DNA from: an uncultured Myxococcales bacterium
GTDB lineage: Bacteria; Myxococcota; UBA4151
Assembly: GCA_964013405.1 (NCBI GenBank)
Contig: CAXGWI010000123.1
Span: 1 to 10,783, forward strand
Length of the DNA: 10,783 nucleotides
Direction: 5' to 3'
In this document: positions 1-6,456 of the stretch, piece after piece
How the letters are laid out: each line of letters opens with the position of its first letter
Numbering within the stretch: position 1 is the stretch's first letter
Translations under genes and position numbers: made by a program
The notes under the pieces: model-generated
Told to the model about the DNA's origin: nothing
The model's input: only the letters and a program-made list of their open reading frames with translations
Database searches by the model: none

Positions 1-414
1 CATGAGCAGCACCTGCGACCCGTGCTCGCTTATCTCGTCGGTGTAGCCACCTCAGAACTCTTTGGTGGGAAGAAGCCGGAGCGGCCGACCCTGGAGGCGG
101 TCGCGCCGAAGGTGGCGACCAAGTCGAAGCCTCTGAACAAGCGCATGCTTGCCCGCATGGGGGGCATCGTGGCGACGGTGGGAGGACTGGGACTCTACGC
201 CTACTCAGCGCAGCAAGTGTCCAGGGGTGAGCAACTGATCGGTCAAGCTGAGGGGGCTAACTGCCCCGCTGGGCAGACTCCCGGCCAAGGCTCCAACTGC
301 GAAAAACGGTTCGACGGCCAGGCGGTGGTTCGAAGCTGGGCGCCGCGACAAACTGGGGGTCTGGTTGTGAGTGCGGTGGGTCTATTGGCGACCGCTGCGG
401 CCTTTATTTTCTGA
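1..414 (+). CDS. 5'-truncated hypothetical membrane protein; C-terminal pair of Gly/Ala-rich hydrophobic helices flanking a loop with two Cys
   Basis: The frame of ORF 22..414 stays open back to base 1 (HEQHLRPV...), so the gene probably starts left of the window. A Pro/Lys linker precedes hydrophobic segments MGGIVATVGGLGLYAYSA and GGLVVSAVGLLATAAAFIF, separated by a loop containing CPAGQTPGQGSNC. Its TGA overlaps the SD of the next gene. Confidence 0.7.
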   Translation, partial: HEQHLRPVLAYLVGVATSELFGGKKPERPTLEAVAPKVATKSKPLNKRMLARMGGIVATVGGLGLYAYSAQQVSRGEQLIGQAEGANCPAGQTPGQGSNCEKRFDGQAVVRSWAPRQTGGLVVSAVGLLATAAAFIF

Positions 415-423
415 GGAGTGATG

Positions 424-2886
424 ATGAGAAACTCTCTAGCCTTTCTACTAATTCCAGTGATCGTGGCCTGCGGTCCCGCAGAGCCAGCGCCGGGCGGCCA
501 GATCATGCCTTGCTCCGAAGCCCGCGACTGCGAGGCCTTTGGCGCTGAATTTGCCGGCTACCGCTGTGCCGGTGCGACGGACCGGGCCAAAGGGCTCTGT
601 GTTCCCGACAACTGTGGCGACGGCGCCCTGGATGTGGGTGAGGAATGCGACGACGCCAACGACGACAGCACCGATGAGTGCACTGCGACCTGCGAAGAGG
701 CCCGTTGCGGTGATGGCATTGTCCAAGATGGTGTTGAAGCCTGCGACGATGGCAATGAGGACGATGCAGACAGCACCTGCACCAATGCCTGCACGACGCC
801 GGCCTGCGGCGATGGCATCCAGCAGGTGGATCTGGGTGAGGCCTGCGACGATGGGAATGTCTCCGACGACGATGACTGCAGCAGCGACTGCCAGTTGGCC
901 AGTTGTGGTGATGGCGTGGTCCAAGCAGGCGAAGAATGCGATGATGGCAACGCCGTAGAAACGGACGCTTGCATCAATTGCCTGGATGCTCGCTGTGGTG
1001 ATGGCTTCGTCCAAGAGGGAAGCGAAGAATGCGACGACGCCAACGAGGTGGATACCGACGACTGTACGAGTGTTTGTCTCAACCCGGTCTGTGGTGATGG
1101 CTTCCATCAACCCGGAAATGGCGAAGCCTGTGATGACGGTAATCAGATCAACGCTGACGATTGTACCAATGCGTGTCGGCTCGCGACCTGCGGTGACGGT
1201 GAGGTTCAGGCTGGTGAAGAATGTGATGATGGCAATGATGTCGATACGGACACCTGTGCGAACTGCAACGAGGCCCGTTGTGGCGATGGGATCGTGCGCG
1301 TTGGGGTCGAGGAATGTGATGACGGCAATGTGGTCGATGCGGATAATTGCACCAACGCATGCACTTCGCCTGTGTGCGGTGACGGTGTGATTCAGCCTGC
1401 CCTTGATGAGGCCTGCGATGATGGGAATCAGGTTGATACCGACGCGTGTCGGGCAAACTGTCAGCCGGCTGCCTGTGGCGATGGCGTAATTCACCAGGGT
1501 GTGGAGGCCTGTGACGATGGCAACCAGGTGGCGACGGATGCCTGCACAGCAGCCTGCGAAGTGGCAACCTGTGGCGATGGCGTTCAGCGGGAAGATTTGG
1601 AGCCTGGCGACATGGGTTACGAATTCTGCGATGGCCAGGGCTACTGTAGTCCAGAGTGCCGGTATCGGGCCCGTCAACTCTCTGCCGGGCAAGAGACCAC
1701 CTGTGCTTTGCGAGATGGCACGGTGTATTGCTGGGGTGTCGGTACCCAAGGCGAGCTGGGAGCCGGTGATAATCCCACCCGTTCGCTGACGCCTCACCTG
1801 GTACCAGGCCTGCAAAATATCACGGAGTTGTCAGCCGGCTATGGCCTGGGCACTTGTGCCATCGAAGGACACGACGGGACCTTGTCATGTTGGGGACGTA
1901 ATATCCCGACGGGCGCCAGCCTGGAGGCTCGAAATACCCCTTTCAATCTGGGCACCGGCTTCACTGGGGGAAGTTCCAATGGTGGCGCCATCTATGCGCT
2001 GAAAAACGGCGCCGTCTACTCCGCAGGTAGCTACGTATTTCACATGCTTGGTAATGGGGGACCGGTCTGTACTTCGAACCGGAACTGCGGTGCCTCCCAG
2101 ACCTGTCCGGCTGCCATTGCGGGCGGGACCCGGTACTGTCGTCAAAACAGCGAGATCACCTCGTTGGCAAGCAATCGGGTCCGGTCGGGTTTCAGTCGAA
2201 TCGGCTCGGTTAGCTACCTTGCCAATGTTCGCATGCTCTCGGCCGGTGGTAATCACGCATGCGTCATTACCGCTCAGAGCCGGGCCCGTTGTTGGGGGCG
2301 GAACTATCATGGGCAAGGCGGTACCGGTGCGTCTGGACATGATACTGACCTCCCCTACGCTGGGACCGATGTGAAGACGCCGCCGCCGCCTCGGGGGTTT
2401 CCGTCGGCTCTAGGTAACGTGACGGATCTGGGATTGGGCATCGATCACAGTTGCGCCGTCGCACGGGGAGACGTCTACTGTTGGGGCAATGGTATGTATG
2501 GCGCCCTGGGGCGAGGATCCACCCAGTCTTCAGCCTATGCGGTACGTGTCGACGACAATGGGATCGGTTCGGATCTGGTGGAGGTGGTCTCCGGAGCCGT
2601 CCACAGTTGTGCTCGGACCGAGCTGGGTGAAGTCTATTGTTGGGGGTCGGATAGCCAAGGTCAACTGGGCAACGATGGCGTGATGGACGATGATCTGGTC
2701 ACGCGACCGGTCCGTGTCGCGGGTTTGCCGATGCGGGCGGTCTCCATCGTCGCCGGTGCCCACCATAGTTGCGCCATGCTAAGCGATGGTTCGGTGCGGT
2801 GTTGGGGGCGAAACAATCAGGGGCAACTCGGTAACAACTCGACCCAGGGCAGCGGCCTACCCGTGGACGTGAACAATCCCTTCTGA
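424..2886 (+). CDS. Lipoprotein with myxobacterial Cys-rich repeats (DUF4215/TIGR02232-like) and a C-terminal RCC1-like beta-propeller
   Basis: GAGGAG at 413-418 lies 5 nt before ATG 424 (418 and 421 are alternative starts). Signal peptide MRNSLAFLLIPVIVA-C has a lipobox. Eleven CGDG-x-E-x-CD repeats follow, then seven RCC1-type blades (e.g. SAGGNHACV..CWGRNYHGQ, AGAHHSCAM..DGSVRCWGRNNQGQLG). Confidence 0.92.
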   Translation: MRNSLAFLLIPVIVACGPAEPAPGGQIMPCSEARDCEAFGAEFAGYRCAGATDRAKGLCVPDNCGDGALDVGEECDDANDDSTDECTATCEEARCGDGIVQDGVEACDDGNEDDADSTCTNACTTPACGDGIQQVDLGEACDDGNVSDDDDCSSDCQLASCGDGVVQAGEECDDGNAVETDACINCLDARCGDGFVQEGSEECDDANEVDTDDCTSVCLNPVCGDGFHQPGNGEACDDGNQINADDCTNACRLATCGDGEVQAGEECDDGNDVDTDTCANCNEARCGDGIVRVGVEECDDGNVVDADNCTNACTSPVCGDGVIQPALDEACDDGNQVDTDACRANCQPAACGDGVIHQGVEACDDGNQVATDACTAACEVATCGDGVQREDLEPGDMGYEFCDGQGYCSPECRYRARQLSAGQETTCALRDGTVYCWGVGTQGELGAGDNPTRSLTPHLVPGLQNITELSAGYGLGTCAIEGHDGTLSCWGRNIPTGASLEARNTPFNLGTGFTGGSSNGGAIYALKNGAVYSAGSYVFHMLGNGGPVCTSNRNCGASQTCPAAIAGGTRYCRQNSEITSLASNRVRSGFSRIGSVSYLANVRMLSAGGNHACVITAQSRARCWGRNYHGQGGTGASGHDTDLPYAGTDVKTPPPPRGFPSALGNVTDLGLGIDHSCAVARGDVYCWGNGMYGALGRGSTQSSAYAVRVDDNGIGSDLVEVVSGAVHSCARTELGEVYCWGSDSQGQLGNDGVMDDDLVTRPVRVAGLPMRAVSIVAGAHHSCAMLSDGSVRCWGRNNQGQLGNNSTQGSGLPVDVNNPF
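613..1659 (+). repeat. Intragenic array of 11 Cys/Asp-rich repeats (30-33 aa each; the 11th is divergent)
   Basis: Consensus CGDG(V/I)xxxxE(E/A)CDDGNxxxxDxCxx(x)Cxxxx. Units 1, 4, 7, 10 and 11 begin at 613, 904, 1189, 1474 and 1570. Confidence 0.93.
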
Positions 2887-2945
2887 TGCCTTTGCGGCAT
2901 TGGGACTTTGAGGAGCCTTGAGCCGTCCTTGCCGGCTTGAGGTCA

Positions 2946-4322
2946 CTAGCGCCGCCCGCCCAAGCTGTGCAGGGCCTGCTCGAAGGTTGCCTGGGCTGCC
3001 TCCGCTTCGGTGGTCATGCCGGTTTCGAGAAGATTGACCTGTTCACTCGGATCGTTCTCAAGATCGAAAAAGAAGGTTCGGCCATCTTGATAGCCAAGCC
3101 ACTTGAATCGAGGGCCACGAAGGGTTTGGCCCGTCTTTTCCTGGTTGATATTGGGGCCGAAGATCTCGCTGTAGACCCAGTCTCGAGTCGGGGGGGCGAG
3201 GGGGTCTGTGAGGTAGCGAGCGAGGGAGAGGCCATCGATGCTGCGGTCCGACGGGGGCTCGACACCGGCTAAGTCCAATGCGGTAGTAAACAGGTCGACA
3301 CCATTGATCGGGTGCTGGATGCGGGCTGCCACCGCCAGCCCTTCACCAGCGATCACGAGGGGCACGTGGATGCCACCTTCAAAGAGCGTGGTCTTCCCCC
3401 GGGCCCGCGGGGTGCTTTCTGGCAAGACCTGGTTTGGTGTTCCGTTGTCGCCGAGAAAGATGATGACCGTGGGCTGATCAGTGGCCCGGACCCGGTCGAG
3501 TACTCGCCCCATCTCCGTGTCGAGAGCTTCAGCTGCGGCCGTATAATAGGCCCGCCGGTTGGCCTGGATATGATCTGCCTCTCCCGTGAGACCCTCTTGA
3601 TGGTGGAGGTCAGCCGGTGGCAAATGCCAAGGGCTGTGGGGCGCGGTGAAGGCCAGCCATACGAACCAGGGTTCATCACCAAGGCCGTCCAACCAGCGGA
3701 GGGTGTCATCCACCGCCACAGAGGTCGCGTATTGATCGATCATCTGCGTCTCACCATTCACCGTCCGTTGCCAACGCCCATAATCTTGAAGCCCCCCTTG
3801 TAAGAGGCCGGAGAAATGATCAAAGCCCGCCGTTTGGGGATGGTCTGCACCACCGTTCGATGCATTGGAGAGGTGCCACTTGCCGAAGGCGCCGGTGGCG
3901 TAAGGGTGACTCGGGTGGGCTCGGAGCAATTGGGCGAGGGTTGCTTCGTCCAGCGGGAGCGCTGGGGTCTGGTTGCCCTGAATCTGGCTGCCGACGGTGG
4001 TTCGGGCACCGTAACGCCCGGTGAGCAGGGTGGCACGAGTGGGGGAACAAATCGGGTTCACCCAGGCTTTTTCGAAGACGAGTCCTTCAGCGCAAAGAGA
4101 GAGCAGGTTGGGCATGCGGGGCGACGTGTTCCCGTAGCACGGGCTGACATCGACGCCGAAGTCGTCAGCGATCACGAACAATAGATTGGGGGGGCGAGGT
4201 CCGTCGGAACTGCCGGGTGTTGGCGGCCGCTGATTTGGCTCGAAGCTATCGAGGCTAGCATCTGGAGTGGTGGCCCCGCAGCCAAGGAGTGCAAGAAAGA
4301 TCCAAGCGGAAAACGCTTTCAT
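2946..4322 (-). CDS. Sulfatase (formylglycine-dependent, Cys-type), predicted lipoprotein
   Basis: Motifs PNLLFVIADDFG, CSPTRATLLTGRY (CxPxR), GKWHL, APHSP, GDNG, GKTTLFEGGIHVP and FFDLENDPSEQVNL. Start moved from 4424 to ATG 4322 because GGAGGT (complement of 4328-4333) lies 5 nt upstream and the start gives a lipoprotein signal MKAFSAWIFLALLG-C. Confidence 0.93.
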   Translation of the reverse strand: MKAFSAWIFLALLGCGATTPDASLDSFEPNQRPPTPGSSDGPRPPNLLFVIADDFGVDVSPCYGNTSPRMPNLLSLCAEGLVFEKAWVNPICSPTRATLLTGRYGARTTVGSQIQGNQTPALPLDEATLAQLLRAHPSHPYATGAFGKWHLSNASNGGADHPQTAGFDHFSGLLQGGLQDYGRWQRTVNGETQMIDQYATSVAVDDTLRWLDGLGDEPWFVWLAFTAPHSPWHLPPADLHHQEGLTGEADHIQANRRAYYTAAAEALDTEMGRVLDRVRATDQPTVIIFLGDNGTPNQVLPESTPRARGKTTLFEGGIHVPLVIAGEGLAVAARIQHPINGVDLFTTALDLAGVEPPSDRSIDGLSLARYLTDPLAPPTRDWVYSEIFGPNINQEKTGQTLRGPRFKWLGYQDGRTFFFDLENDPSEQVNLLETGMTTEAEAAQATFEQALHSLGGRR

Positions 4323-4372
4323 CCAAGACCTCCAAGCCGGGGTATGGCACAGTTTGCCCATGGCCAGCCACC

Positions 4373-4388
4373 GGGCACCTGCATTGCA
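4373..4388 (+). promoter_or_regulatory. Candidate sigma54 (-24/-12) promoter for the cyclase gene
   Basis: GGGCAC-CTGCA-TTGCA matches TGGCAC-N5-TTGCW with one mismatch and exact GG-N10-GC spacing. It is intergenic, ~90 nt upstream of ATG 4476, and oriented towards it. Confidence 0.5.
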
Positions 4389-4461
4389 ATTCTGGGCTTG
4401 ATCCTTGGTGGCGATTTTTGGCAAAAATAAGCTTAGAGAAGGCCATTCGGAGGCGGCGAAA

Positions 4462-4479
4462 ATGAGACTTAGCCGATGA
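4462..4479 (+). other. Five-codon upstream ORF (MRLSR*) overlapping the cyclase start codon (ATGA)
   Basis: GGAGG at 4449-4453, ATG at 4462, reading ATG AGA CTT AGC CGA TGA. The TGA (4477-4479) overlaps ATG 4476, which has no SD of its own at normal spacing. Confidence 0.45.
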
Positions 4480-6281
4480 ATTCAGCAGCGCCCACAGGAC
4501 GCGTGACCCTGCTCTTTAGTGATATTGAAGGTTCCAGTGCACTTTGGGAGGCCTGTCCCGACGCGATGACCCGGGCCCTTCGGGAACATGATGCGCTCTT
4601 TCGAGAGACGAGCACGACGCTTGGGGGCTACGAGGTTAAAGCAGAGGGCGACGCGTTCATGATCGCCTTCCATGAGCCGATGGCAGCCTTTCGCTTCGCT
4701 GTCGTGGTCCAGGAGAACTTGGGCAATATGCCATGGCCTCCTGAACTGCTTGAAACCCAAAGGAACCTGGGGATTCTCGGTAAGCTCGGCATCCGAGTAC
4801 GCATGGGGATCTGCGAAGGTGAACCCGATGGTCGGGTCAACCCAACCACCGGCCGGATGGATTACTTCGGTCCCATGGTGAACCTGGCGGCCCGCCTTTG
4901 CGATATGGCCCACGGGGCGCAAGTCATCGTGAGTGATGGTTGCCTGCCGAAAGCCCGGGAACTGACCGGTGCGGTCATCGAGTCGATCGGCCCAGTGACG
5001 ATTCGGGGATTTAAGCATCGCCACACAGTCAGTCAGTTGGTCTCTGGCTCCTGGTGGCCTATGGACTTTCCGCCGCTTCGACTCGATCGGGTCGCTCCGC
5101 CACCCAAGAGCCCTCGGTCCGAGCGGGAGGAGACGTTGAAAGATCATGTGGCTGCTGCCTGCGATAAACTGCTCGCCCAAACGGTTGTGGAGCGACGGGC
5201 CGGACTCCCCCTTGAGGCGGACCGCCACCTCACCTGTTTGGACGCAACCGCCCGTTGGCTCGATGACCCGGAACGATTGATCGAGGGCTGGCTGGAGATG
5301 GCCCGGGCCCATGCCAATCGAAACCAGAACGACCGAGCATTGGAGTTGGTTGATGACGCTGTCGATGTGGCAAGACTGCAACTGAGCGATGCCCATCTGA
5401 TCCAAGCGCTCAAACTGCGAACCCGGGTGCTCACCTGGGCTCAACGTTTTCAAGAAGCCCGAGAAACCATCGACGAAGCTCTGCAGATAGCGCAGCGTAT
5501 CGGGGATGAAAACGAGGCCCTTTTGGTGGCCGCCAACGACGCGGACATCTATCGACTGGAGGGGCATCTGAAAAAGGCTGAGGAACGCTTCGAGCAAGCG
5601 ATCGAAGCGATGGAAGCGCGAGGACTTGCCAGTGAGGCTCGGACGCAGCGTGTGCTTCTCATGGTTGCTTACATCGAGGATGGTGACCCTCGAGGCATGT
5701 TGCATGGTCAGGTCTTGTCCGAGCAGTTTCAGAGCCTGGGTATGGTGACGAGAGAAGCGTCAACCAAAGCCAATATGGCGCTTTTTCATCTCGACCAAAA
5801 TGACGAGGATGCCTTTTTCGAGATGCAGCGCTTCAGCGTTGAGTCCTTCCGTTACGCGGGCATGGATGTGGCGGTAAACGCTCTGTCCGTGAACGAAGCC
5901 TTCTTTCATCTTCAGCGGGGGCGGCTTGCTCGGGCGAAGACAGTCCTTGAGCGCATCCGCGACTTTCTTGAGTCCGAAGGGCCCAAGGAGCGCAGTGAAA
6001 CCCTTTTGTTGTGGACGCTGATCCACCTCTTTAGCGGGGACGTTGATTTGGCGGCAGCATCTGCGGCGGAAGGCCTACCGCTAGCGGCTCAAGATCGGGA
6101 GTTTATCGGCCCCGTGAAAGTCGCCTTGCTCCGATCTTGTGCCTTGCTCTCCGCCGATCAGTTGGAGGACGCAAAATTGGTCTTTCTGGCCATCGCGCGC
6201 CCCAAGTCCACGACCTGTCGTGTGGCCTGGCGGCTCCTCGGCCGGCTGCTGGGCCTAGAGACGGATCGCAGCTTGGCTTAA
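4476..6281 (+). CDS. Class III adenylate cyclase with C-terminal TPR-like helical repeats
   Basis: Metal-binding Asp in FSDIEGS and EGDAF; ATP-specifying Lys (VKAEGD) and Asp (MDYFG); transition-state NxxxR (VNLAAR). The last ~380 aa are helical TPR-like repeats (e.g. RFQEARETIDEALQIAQRIGD, GHLKKAEERFEQAIEAMEARG). Confidence 0.9.
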   Translation: MNSAAPTGRVTLLFSDIEGSSALWEACPDAMTRALREHDALFRETSTTLGGYEVKAEGDAFMIAFHEPMAAFRFAVVVQENLGNMPWPPELLETQRNLGILGKLGIRVRMGICEGEPDGRVNPTTGRMDYFGPMVNLAARLCDMAHGAQVIVSDGCLPKARELTGAVIESIGPVTIRGFKHRHTVSQLVSGSWWPMDFPPLRLDRVAPPPKSPRSEREETLKDHVAAACDKLLAQTVVERRAGLPLEADRHLTCLDATARWLDDPERLIEGWLEMARAHANRNQNDRALELVDDAVDVARLQLSDAHLIQALKLRTRVLTWAQRFQEARETIDEALQIAQRIGDENEALLVAANDADIYRLEGHLKKAEERFEQAIEAMEARGLASEARTQRVLLMVAYIEDGDPRGMLHGQVLSEQFQSLGMVTREASTKANMALFHLDQNDEDAFFEMQRFSVESFRYAGMDVAVNALSVNEAFFHLQRGRLARAKTVLERIRDFLESEGPKERSETLLLWTLIHLFSGDVDLAAASAAEGLPLAAQDREFIGPVKVALLRSCALLSADQLEDAKLVFLAIARPKSTTCRVAWRLLGRLLGLETDRSLA

Positions 6282-6456
6282 AGCCGCGCTAATCCTCCTT
6301 TTATTGCGAGACCGTGGGCGATGCTGGGCACCGGCCAACCGGAAGCACCAGCTAGCGCTTCCAAAGGCCAATTGGATGGTGTAGGCGGCCTCTGTAACGT
6401 CGCTTACTTGCGCGCGAAACCGGGGGTATGCGCCCCATCGCGCCGAAGGGGGTTCG

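Noticed and set aside
613..1659. Repeat array as a CRISPR array or as a DGR template/variable pair
   Set aside because: The repeats are in-frame, codon-degenerate protein repeats. There are no identical 23-47 nt repeats with spacers, no reverse transcriptase, and I saw no adenine-only mismatch pair.
448..1815. 455-aa minus-strand ORF and other alternative-frame ORFs over the Cys-rich repeats
   Set aside because: Antisense or frame shadows of a repetitive GC-rich gene; their periodicity only mirrors the real repeats.
2886..2945. Bidirectional terminator between the convergent lipoprotein and sulfatase genes
   Set aside because: Only 5-bp stems (ATGCC/GGCAT, AGCCG/CGGCT) with no convincing U-tract.
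4345..4357. Other sigma54-like strings: TGGCACAGTTTGC here, also at 9373-9386 and 10734-10747
   Set aside because: GG-to-GC spacing is 8 or 9 nt rather than the required 10.
4323..4424. N-terminal extension of the sulfatase in the ORF track
   Set aside because: ATG 4322 has a perfect SD and yields a lipoprotein signal; the extension uses a TTG start and overlaps the divergent promoter region.
4482..5705. 407-aa minus-strand ORF
   Set aside because: Lies wholly antisense to the motif-supported cyclase and has no recognisable motifs.
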